From positions 4,948-68,479 of the forward strand of contig JBFXFK010000003.1 of assembly GCA_050179135.1 (NCBI GenBank): a stretch of DNA of 63,532 nucleotides, in the 5' to 3' direction. Below are positions 20,152-28,271 of the stretch, one piece after another. How positions within the stretch are numbered: the stretch's first letter is position 1; every line of letters starts with the position of its first letter. Both the position numbers and the translations under genes were made by a program. The DNA is from Desulfatirhabdiaceae bacterium. GTDB lineage: Bacteria; Desulfobacterota; Desulfobacteria; Desulfobacterales; Desulfatirhabdiaceae. The notes beneath the pieces are model-generated. The model saw only the letters and a list, made by a program, of their open reading frames with translations, ran no database searches and had not been told where the DNA came from.

Positions 20152-21030
20152 ATGAAAGGCATTATCCTGGCCGGCGGCTCCGGAACCCGGCTGTATCCCA
20201 TCACCCGGGTGGTCAGCAAGCAACTCCTCCCGGTGTATGACAAACCCATGATTTATTATCCCCTGTCTGTTCTGATGCTGGCCGGGATACGGGAAATATT
20301 GATCATTTCAACACCCGAAGATCTGCCCCTTTTCCAACGCCTTTTTGGAGACGGCTCCCATCTGGGGTTATCCTTTTCCTATGCCGAACAGCCCAGACCC
20401 GAAGGCCTGGCCCAGGCATTTGTCATTGGAAAGGACTTTATCGGCGCGGATACGGTCTGTCTGATTCTGGGAGACAATATTTTTTATGGCCACCATCTTT
20501 CCGACATCCTGAAACGCTCGGTTCAAATGACGGAAGGGGGTCTGATTTTTGGATATCTGGTCCGTGATCCCGAGAGATATGGCGTTGTGGAGTTTGATGA
20601 TGCGGGAAATGTTATCGGTATTGAAGAAAAGCCCAGCAAACCCAAATCCGACTATGCGGTACCGGGCCTGTATATTTATGACAACAGTGTCATTGAAATT
20701 GCAGAAAATCTGAAACCATCGGCAAGAGGCGAACTGGAAATAACAGATGTGAACCTGGCGTATCTGAAACAGAAAAAGCTGCGGGTCGAGCTTTTGGGCA
20801 GGGGCTTTGCCTGGCTGGATACCGGGACTCACGAAGCGCTTCAGCAGGCGGCCAGTTTTGTCGAAGCCATCCAGGACCGTCAGGGGCTCAAAATTTCCTG
20901 TATCGAGGAAATTGCCTATCGTCAGGGATATATTACACGGGAAGGAATCCGGAAACTGGCCAGTGACATGCTGAAAAATGATTATGGCCAATACCTGCTG
21001 GAACTGGCCAATGGCGAAACAGAAGACTGA
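20152..21030 (+). CDS. rfbA: Glucose-1-phosphate thymidylyltransferase
   Basis: [18 protein letters not shown]...[18 protein letters not shown]; near-canonical RmlA throughout. Confidence 0.95.
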   Translation: MKGIILAGGSGTRLYPITRVVSKQLLPVYDKPMIYYPLSVLMLAGIREILIISTPEDLPLFQRLFGDGSHLGLSFSYAEQPRPEGLAQAFVIGKDFIGADTVCLILGDNIFYGHHLSDILKRSVQMTEGGLIFGYLVRDPERYGVVEFDDAGNVIGIEEKPSKPKSDYAVPGLYIYDNSVIEIAENLKPSARGELEITDVNLAYLKQKKLRVELLGRGFAWLDTGTHEALQQAASFVEAIQDRQGLKISCIEEIAYRQGYITREGIRKLASDMLKNDYGQYLLELANGETED

Positions 21031-21034
21031 CGCG

Positions 21035-21270
21035 TCAGAATACAGAATTCAGAATTCAGAAGCCGGAATAAATAGGGAATGCCTGCTGTTTATAAAATGA
21101 TATTTTCCTTATTTATTCTGAATTCTGGCTTCTGTATTCTGTTTTTCCAAAATACAGAATTCAGAAGCCGGAATAAATAGGGAATGGCTGCTGTTTATAA
21201 AATGATATTTTCCTTATTTATTCTGAATTCTGGCTTCTGAATTCTGTTTTTCTGAATTCTGTTTTTCCAA
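21035..21270. repeat. Two tandem copies of the about 110-bp CAGAATWC palindromic element
   Basis: The core gaataaatagggaatg.ctgctgtttataaaatgatattttccttatttattctgaattctggcttctg occurs twice. It matches 4876-4990. Confidence 0.85.
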
Positions 21271-21295
21271 AATAAGTCATTTTTATGGTGACAGG

Positions 21296-21745
21296 TTACT
21301 CGGCGATATCGATCTTGATCTGTTTGGGTTTTTGTTCCTCGGGCTTGGGAATTTCGATTTCCAATATCCCATCCTTGAATGTCGCCTTGATCTTTTCGGG
21401 ACTGATGGCTGTCGGCAGGGTGAATGCCCGGTGAAACGATCCAAATGTTCTTTCTTTCCGGTAATACTTGTCTTCCTTGATTTCCCGTGATTCGGTTCTT
21501 TCGCCCTTTAACGTCAGAATATTTTCCTTTAATTCAATGGAAACATTTTCTTTGCTGACACCCGGCAGTTCTGCATGAATGATAATCGCGTCTTCCCTGT
21601 CAAAAATATCAACCAGCGGTTTCCATGCACTCAGGGCAAAATCCTCGTCTGCCGGGGATCTCGTGAATGCATCGTTGAAAAGCCGGTTAATGCTGTCCTG
21701 CAGTGTTGCGACTGCGCCATACGGTTGCCATCTGACCATTGCCAT
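21296..21745 (-). CDS. Hsp20/alpha-crystallin small heat-shock protein
   Basis: Start moved to ATG 21745, preceded by aaggagg. WKPLVDIFDREDAIIIHAELPGV...AFTLP...GILEIEIPK. Confidence 0.9.
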   Translation of the reverse strand: MAMVRWQPYGAVATLQDSINRLFNDAFTRSPADEDFALSAWKPLVDIFDREDAIIIHAELPGVSKENVSIELKENILTLKGERTESREIKEDKYYRKERTFGSFHRAFTLPTAISPEKIKATFKDGILEIEIPKPEEQKPKQIKIDIAE

Positions 21746-21918
21746 AATAAACCTCCTTTGCATCAGATTGATTAATGGGGTGATGATCGCATGGCCCGGT
21801 GCATGGGCCATAAAATATACTATAACAATTCAATTGGTTATTAATCTTAAGTGAACATTAATCACCTTTTTTATCCTGTCAAGCCTGTTAAACACGATGA
21901 TTCCATGAGGAGCCTATC

Positions 21919-23004
21919 TTGAAGCATTTTTCGGTTTTCGCGATATCCATAATGCTTATCATATGGCTGGCCATCGATACCCGCCTGGTCCGGGCAGATT
22001 TGCAGACCATCCAGACGCCCCGTCAACCCGGCTATGCCGATCTCATGGATCCAACCGATACCGATCTGTTTTTTGTGTCCAATTCGTCACAGACCGGATT
22101 TGGGGCATTTCAGATTCCATCCCAATCTCCGCTTCAGTCACTTCGCGGCCTTTTTCAACCCATAACCGGCCCGTTGCTTGCGACCGGAAAATATGAGCTG
22201 GGCATCCGAACCACCCTGACCAACACCTGGGTTAACGGTGAAAATGACTATCGGCTGGATTATGAGTCATTGGGGTCCCAGTTCTCCATTGCCTATGGAT
22301 GGATTCCCTATGTCAGAATCGAGTTGCGCTATGAGAATCGCGCGATTTTTGGCGGTATTCTGGATGGCGTGATCGATACCTTTCACAGCACTACCGGCTT
22401 TGATCAGAATGGCCGGGATAAAAAGCCCTATGGCGAGGTTGCCGTCGACATGAATGGGCCGGGCATCAATGATCTCCATATCGAGGATAAAAGCGGATTC
22501 TACTCCCAAAGTCTTTCCGCTGTCTGGCGTCAGTCGCTCTTTCAGGGGACCCGGTATCTGCCTGCATTTTCTTACGCCATGACGGTCCGGTACGATGTGG
22601 ACGCAAACCCATACATGGAGCGGGATTTTCCGGTGGATCTGGCATGGTCGGCGGCCATTGCCAAACGGTGGGGGGACCTGTCTGTTTTTATGGAAGCCGG
22701 ATTTGCCTGGTACGGCGCAGACTGGCTGGGGAATATCGAGCTTGAAGGCGCCAGTTTGTCCGGTCTCTGGGGCGTGGAATACATGGTTTCACCGGTAACA
22801 TCGATTGTGTTTCAGCATCTGATCAGCCAGGGATGCGCCAAAAACCTGGAAACATTTTCGAATGAATCCCATGAGGTGCTTCTGGGAATGAAATGGAAAT
22901 TGGGGCATCGCATGATGCTGGAAGCCGCCTTCCTGGAAAACATTCTGGTTTACAGCAACAGTCCGGATTTTGGATGCCATCTGGGCATTTCCATGCGGTT
23001 TTGA
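21919..23004 (+). CDS. Predicted outer-membrane beta-barrel protein, family not assigned
   Basis: TTG start after gaggag. Signal peptide MKHFSVFAISIMLIIWLAIDTRLVRA, alternating aromatic/polar strands, C-terminal ...GISMRF (terminal Phe). Confidence 0.5.
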   Translation: MKHFSVFAISIMLIIWLAIDTRLVRADLQTIQTPRQPGYADLMDPTDTDLFFVSNSSQTGFGAFQIPSQSPLQSLRGLFQPITGPLLATGKYELGIRTTLTNTWVNGENDYRLDYESLGSQFSIAYGWIPYVRIELRYENRAIFGGILDGVIDTFHSTTGFDQNGRDKKPYGEVAVDMNGPGINDLHIEDKSGFYSQSLSAVWRQSLFQGTRYLPAFSYAMTVRYDVDANPYMERDFPVDLAWSAAIAKRWGDLSVFMEAGFAWYGADWLGNIELEGASLSGLWGVEYMVSPVTSIVFQHLISQGCAKNLETFSNESHEVLLGMKWKLGHRMMLEAAFLENILVYSNSPDFGCHLGISMRF

Positions 23005-23023
23005 TGTGAATCCATCCGGGACC

Positions 23024-24898
23024 ATGACACTGCCGGATTCGGCCGGGAATTCGCCCGCATCCCGGTTTGCCGATCTGCTTGCCGGCTTGTCCACCCGCCC
23101 CGGGGTGTATCTGATGAAGGATGATACCGGAAAGGTGATCTATGTGGGGAAAGCGATCAATCTGAAAAAACGGCTGACATCCTATTTTAATAAAATTCCG
23201 CAGTTGAACATCAAAACCCGCATGCTGGTCGATAAAATCCAGGATATTGAAACCATTCTGACATCGACCGAAAATGAAGCCCTGATTCTCGAATCCAATC
23301 TCATCAAGAAATACCGCCCCCGGTATAATGTGATTCTCAAGGATGACAAACACTATCCGTCACTGCGGCTCGATTTGAAATCCCCCTACCCCTGCCTGAG
23401 TGTCGTACGGAAAGTCGTCCGGGATGGGTCACTGTATTTTGGGCCGTTTACCTCACCGCCGGCCGTTTATCAGACACTGAAAATCATCAACAAAACGTTC
23501 AAGCTGAGAAAATGTCGGGATCAGGTATTCAAAACCCGCAACCGGCCCTGTCTCAATTATCAGATCGGGGCTTGCCTGGGCCCCTGCTGTCTCCCTGTGG
23601 ACCCGGAGTCCTATCAGAACATGGTGAAGGAGGTGGTCCTGTTTCTGAAGGGACGGGCACCGGAACTGATCAAAAAAACCGAAGCGGACATGCTGGCGGC
23701 TGCCCGGGAACAGAATTTTGAGCTGGCGGCCCAGCTTCGGGACAAGATGTTCGCCCTTCAGAGAACCATTGAAAAACAGGCGATGGTGACAACGGACTTC
23801 ATGGACCGGGATATCGTGGGAATCGCGGATACGGACGGCAAACTGCTGGTTACGGTCATGTCGGTCAGAAGTGGTCATGTTGTGGGCACCCGGCATTACC
23901 CGCTTCCCGAAACCGTTGCCACCCTTCCTGAACTGATCGGGAGCTTTCTGACCCAGTATTATGAAACCGCCCATTATATTCCCGAAGAGATTCTGGCGCC
24001 GGCGGTTCCCGAGGATGTCAAGGCCATACGGCTTCATCTGAGGGACCGGAAAGGATCCGGAATTGTTATCCGGAAACCCCATCAGGGCATTCGGGTTCAA
24101 TTGCTGCAACTGGCCAACCAGAATGCGGAAAACGAACTGAAATCATTGATGAACAGCCGGGATCATGATGAAAAACTGCTGCAGCGTCTGATGGACCGAC
24201 TGGGTTTGCGTCGATTTCCAGGCCGGATCGAATGCTTTGACAACTCCCATATTCAGGGGGATTCCCCGGTATCGGGCATGGTTGTGTTTGAAAATGCACG
24301 ACCTGCCCGGGCCGGTTATCGCCGATACAAAATCCGGATGACGTCGGAGCCGGATGATTATGCCTTTATGGCCGAGGCATTGAAACGGCGCTTTGGAAAA
24401 GGAGAGGCATCCCGACCCTTTCCGGATCTGCTGCTTGTGGATGGGGGAAAGGGACAACTGAACATCGCGTTATCTGTACTTCGCGATCTGAATCTGACAG
24501 ATGAGCTGGATGTGGCGGCTCTGGCCAAAAAAGATGAAATCCGGGGAGAGACTGAAGACCGGGTCTTTCGGCCCGGGCGCGCCAATCCGGTCAATCTCGA
24601 TATGGATCACGATGTGCTGCTGTTTTTGCAGCGGATACGGGATGAGGCGCATCGCAATGTGATTCAGTTTCATCGGAAACAGAAACGGGGGTCATCATTT
24701 CAGTCCATTCTGGATAATATTCCGGGTATTGGTGAAAAACGCAAACATCTGCTGTTGATCCATTTCCGAACCATCCGGGCCATTCGGGCCGCTTCCCTGG
24801 CGGATATCACCGGTCTGCCGGGCATGAACCGGAAATCTGCGGAGGCGGTGCGGGAAGCGCTTGACGGCGAACATAAAAGGATGAAGGCGGAAGGATGA
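23024..24898 (+). CDS. uvrC: Excinuclease ABC subunit C
   Basis: GIY-YIG (PGVYLMKDDTGKVIYVGKAINLKKR), UVR domain, endonuclease and HhH regions. Start moved from 22970 to the internal ATG. Confidence 0.95.
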   Translation: MTLPDSAGNSPASRFADLLAGLSTRPGVYLMKDDTGKVIYVGKAINLKKRLTSYFNKIPQLNIKTRMLVDKIQDIETILTSTENEALILESNLIKKYRPRYNVILKDDKHYPSLRLDLKSPYPCLSVVRKVVRDGSLYFGPFTSPPAVYQTLKIINKTFKLRKCRDQVFKTRNRPCLNYQIGACLGPCCLPVDPESYQNMVKEVVLFLKGRAPELIKKTEADMLAAAREQNFELAAQLRDKMFALQRTIEKQAMVTTDFMDRDIVGIADTDGKLLVTVMSVRSGHVVGTRHYPLPETVATLPELIGSFLTQYYETAHYIPEEILAPAVPEDVKAIRLHLRDRKGSGIVIRKPHQGIRVQLLQLANQNAENELKSLMNSRDHDEKLLQRLMDRLGLRRFPGRIECFDNSHIQGDSPVSGMVVFENARPARAGYRRYKIRMTSEPDDYAFMAEALKRRFGKGEASRPFPDLLLVDGGKGQLNIALSVLRDLNLTDELDVAALAKKDEIRGETEDRVFRPGRANPVNLDMDHDVLLFLQRIRDEAHRNVIQFHRKQKRGSSFQSILDNIPGIGEKRKHLLLIHFRTIRAIRAASLADITGLPGMNRKSAEAVREALDGEHKRMKAEG

Positions 24899-25044
24899 AG
24901 GGTGAAGGCGGGAAAGTTGTGCCGGTTTTCCATGTCCTCTGCGTCCTTTATGTCCTGTTTGTCCTTTTGCAGCTTTTCTGAAGTCTGTTTTTCAATGACG
25001 CAACATATTTCCAACTATTTTCAAAAACAATTCAAGGATTTCCA

Positions 25045-26538
25045 ATGACACCCCAGAATACTTTTCCGGTTTTAACGCCTGACGAGGCGGTTTCATTCAT
25101 TCGTAACGGGAATACGGTTTCATTCAGTGGTTTTTCGCCTGCCGGCGCTGCCAAAATTGTACCCCATGCCCTGGCCCGCCGTGCTCAAAACGAACATGAA
25201 AGCGGCAGGCCATTTCAGGTGCGCGTCCTGACCGGCGCATCCAGCGGCCAGAGTATTGATGACGCATTGGCCGGGGCCAATGCCATTTCCTGGAGAGCGC
25301 CCTATCAGGGAGAATCCCGGTTGAGACGTCAGATCAATCAGGAGCTGGTGGAATACGTGGACATTCATCTGTCTCATCTCCCGCAACTGATTGAATTCGG
25401 TTTTCTGGGACAGATCGATATCGCGGTCATCGAAGCCACGGAAATCACCCCGGATGGCCGGGTCTATCTGACCACATCCATCGGAGCATCCCCGACCTAT
25501 CTTCACCATGCCAAAAAGGTGATTATCGAGATCAACCGGCATCAGTCGCCCCGTCTTCGGGAAATGGCCGATATCTACCGGATGCCCCTGCCACCCCACC
25601 GCAATCCGATTCCGGTTTATGAGCCGTTGACCCGGATCGGCTGGCCATATGCCAATGTGAATCCGGCCAAGATCATCGGCATTGTTGAAAATGATGAACC
25701 AGACCATGTCGCCGAATTTACCCAGCCGGATACGGTCAGCGATCTGATCGCCGATCATCTGGTCAGATTTTTGGTTCAGGAGATGCGGTGCGGCCGTATT
25801 CCCGCGGAATTTTTGCCGCTTCAGGCCGGGGTCGGCAACATCTGCAACAGTGTCATGGCCAAACTGGGCGCCAGTTCAGAGATTCCCTGTTTTAAAATGT
25901 ACACCGAAGTCTATCAGGATTCACTGGTGGATCTGATGGATTCGGAAAAACTGTTGTGCGCCAGCGCCTGCGCCCTGGCCGTTTCTTCGGACAGGCTTCA
26001 GCACATTGTTGACAACATCGATTTTTTTGGAAAGCGGATTGTCCTGCGGCCCCAGGAAATATCCAATCATCCCGGAATCATTCGGCGGCTGGGTGTCATT
26101 GCCATGAATACCGCAATTGAAGCGGATATTTACGGCAATGTCAATTCAACACATATTTATGGCACGGACATCATGAATGGCATCGGCGGGAGCGGCGAAT
26201 TTACCCGAAACGGGTATATGGCCATATTCATGACCCCTTCCATTGCCAAAAACGGTAAAATATCCTGCATCGTGCCCATGTGTCCGCACATCGACAACAA
26301 CGAACACTCTGTCCAGATTCTGGTCACCGAACAGGGAATTGCCGATCTGCGGGGGTTGGGACCCATGCAGCGGGCCAGAGCGATTATTGACAATTGCGCC
26401 CATCCCCTGTATCGGGATTACCTCCATGCGTACGTTTCAAACGCCAGGCCGGCGCACATCCGGCATGATCTGACCAAATGTTATGAGCTGCATCAGAATC
26501 TGCTGGTTTATGGGGCAATGCTGCCGGTCGAAGAATAA
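25045..26538 (+). CDS. Acetyl-CoA hydrolase/transferase family (succinyl-CoA:acetate CoA-transferase-like)
   Basis: 497 aa. N-terminal AVSFIRNGNTVSFSGFSPAGAAK and GIGGSGEFTRN motifs typical of the family. Confidence 0.85.
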   Translation: MTPQNTFPVLTPDEAVSFIRNGNTVSFSGFSPAGAAKIVPHALARRAQNEHESGRPFQVRVLTGASSGQSIDDALAGANAISWRAPYQGESRLRRQINQELVEYVDIHLSHLPQLIEFGFLGQIDIAVIEATEITPDGRVYLTTSIGASPTYLHHAKKVIIEINRHQSPRLREMADIYRMPLPPHRNPIPVYEPLTRIGWPYANVNPAKIIGIVENDEPDHVAEFTQPDTVSDLIADHLVRFLVQEMRCGRIPAEFLPLQAGVGNICNSVMAKLGASSEIPCFKMYTEVYQDSLVDLMDSEKLLCASACALAVSSDRLQHIVDNIDFFGKRIVLRPQEISNHPGIIRRLGVIAMNTAIEADIYGNVNSTHIYGTDIMNGIGGSGEFTRNGYMAIFMTPSIAKNGKISCIVPMCPHIDNNEHSVQILVTEQGIADLRGLGPMQRARAIIDNCAHPLYRDYLHAYVSNARPAHIRHDLTKCYELHQNLLVYGAMLPVEE

Positions 26539-26602
26539 CGAAAAGGGTGGATGGAACGGTTGGATGGGTGATGAGTGGCGTGAAATGATAATGGGATCAT
26601 CC

Positions 26603-26642
26603 CGGTATCGGTATCGATTTTTCTGCTTCGATCCGATACCGA
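26603..26642. terminator. Hairpin built from GGTATCG repeats between convergent genes (possible bidirectional terminator)
   Basis: cggtatcggtatcga tttttctgct tcgatccgataccg. Confidence 0.4.
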
Positions 26643-26696
26643 TTCCGACACCGACGTCGATCAAGCGGTAATATGCGGGAATGAAACCGGGTTTTG

Positions 26697-26966
26697 TTAT
26701 GCCTGTGACGCCCGATTGATCAGTTTGGTCAGCCGGGATATTCTGCGGGATGCATTGCGGGGGTGAATAACCCCTTTTTGTGCGGCTCTCGCAATGATTG
26801 ACTTTGCCTCATTCAGCTCCTGCGCCGAATTTTCAAGCGCCGAATTGCTTACCGAATTTCTGACAGCCTTGATTGCAGTCTTGATTCTGGTTTTGGTCGA
26901 TCGATTCCGGAGGTTTCTGTTGATATTCTGTTTTGCACGCTTGATTTCGGATTTGTGGTTGGCCAA
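26697..26966 (-). CDS. rpsT: 30S ribosomal protein S20
   Basis: MANHKSEIKRAKQNINRNLRNRSTKTRIKTAIK. Confidence 0.95.
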   Translation of the reverse strand: MANHKSEIKRAKQNINRNLRNRSTKTRIKTAIKAVRNSVSNSALENSAQELNEAKSIIARAAQKGVIHPRNASRRISRLTKLINRASQA

Positions 26967-27103
26967 CGGTCAAACTCCTTTCCTCATGGTTTCTGTCAAA
27001 AGCCTGTTATTAAAAAGACTGTCATTTTATTCATAGGTATTAAAATGTCTTATTTATTCAAAGCAGCCGGAAAAGTCAAGGAATTTGATTCAAGACCGGC
27101 CTG

Positions 27104-28231
27104 TTATTCCCCAACCCCTTTGACATCATGACTGATTTCAACAACTGCGATGATATTTCCAATAATATCGAAAACCGGTGAGGTGATCCGTCTGTGAAGG
27201 CCCACCCTGGATTCGCCAGTGGGTTCTGAGAGCATCTCGTGAATCTGACCGTCCCGAAACGTACGGACAACCGGACAATTCGCGCAAACGCCGGTTTTCG
27301 GAGGGTCCTGAAACATGTGATAACATTTGGGTTTAACAGAAGGATCGATATGTGGATACCTGCCAGCCATCCGCCGGTTTATTTGGACAACCTCCATTGC
27401 CGGATTGATCAGGGCAGCCCCTACCTCCAAATAATCCATCACCTGGTTAAAAAATTCCTGCATGACATCCAGCGCACCGGCAGCAGTTTTCTGCCAGGTA
27501 ATATCCCGGTTCACACCCCGATAGCCCACAAGCGTTCCTTCCCGGGACAAAACCGGAACCGCATTTGTCAACATACGGATTTGCCTGCCATCCCGGGTCA
27601 GTCCCCAGGTTTCGAGATTAACCATGGGCGCTTTTGATGCCGCTTTAGATTTTAAGTAAGCATTCATGCGTTCGGCTTCATCCAGTGGCATCACATCAAA
27701 CGGGGATTTGCCGATCATCTCATCAGCGTCATATCCCAGGATGTTTTTAACCCGGCCTGAAATATAATTCAATACGCCGTTGGCATCAATTTCCCATACA
27801 ATTTCGGACATGCTTTGCAGAATGTCATTCAGGCGGGTTTCGTTTTCTTTCAGCCGCTTTTCAGCATGACACCGGCGAAGGGCGCAATCCACAGCAATTC
27901 TGATCTCGGTATTGTGAAAGGGTTTGATGATATATCCATACGGGTCCGCGGTTTCAGCCTCCTCGATAATCTTTATTTCCGAATGGGCTGTCAGAAAAAC
28001 CGCCGGAATTTCCAGATCGGCTTTCATCCTGCGACAGGTCTCGATGCCATTCAATTCTCCGGGCATCATGATATCCAGAATGGCCAAATCCGGACGGCAG
28101 ACTGATGCCATCTGCATTGCCTCGACGCCGGATGACGCAACACCGACCACATCATATCCCAGTCCGGTCAGCACCTCTTCCAGATGCATGCCGGTTATGG
28201 CTTCATCATCGGCTATCAGAATTTTGGCCAT
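27104..28231 (-). CDS. Response regulator with REC and tandem PAS domains
   Basis: Start moved to MAKILIADDEAITGMHLEEVL (ATG 28231, RBS gggaga). PAS-like SEIVWEIDANGVLNYISG. Cys-rich C-terminal PAS (CYHMF...CANCPV). Confidence 0.85.
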   Translation of the reverse strand: MAKILIADDEAITGMHLEEVLTGLGYDVVGVASSGVEAMQMASVCRPDLAILDIMMPGELNGIETCRRMKADLEIPAVFLTAHSEIKIIEEAETADPYGYIIKPFHNTEIRIAVDCALRRCHAEKRLKENETRLNDILQSMSEIVWEIDANGVLNYISGRVKNILGYDADEMIGKSPFDVMPLDEAERMNAYLKSKAASKAPMVNLETWGLTRDGRQIRMLTNAVPVLSREGTLVGYRGVNRDITWQKTAAGALDVMQEFFNQVMDYLEVGAALINPAMEVVQINRRMAGRYPHIDPSVKPKCYHMFQDPPKTGVCANCPVVRTFRDGQIHEMLSEPTGESRVGLHRRITSPVFDIIGNIIAVVEISHDVKGVGE

Positions 28232-28271
28232 TTTTGTCTCCCTTATTTTACGGGCGACCTGCGGGTCGCCC

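Noticed and set aside
22970-23023. 5' extensions of ORF-track entries for uvrC (22970), the REC-PAS gene (up to 28330), glpK (up to 52368), DUF4160 (up to 57028), hsp20 (up to 21811) and dsrO (42600).
   Set aside because: Internal starts align with the conserved protein N-termini. They have RBS-like sequences and remove overlaps with upstream genes.
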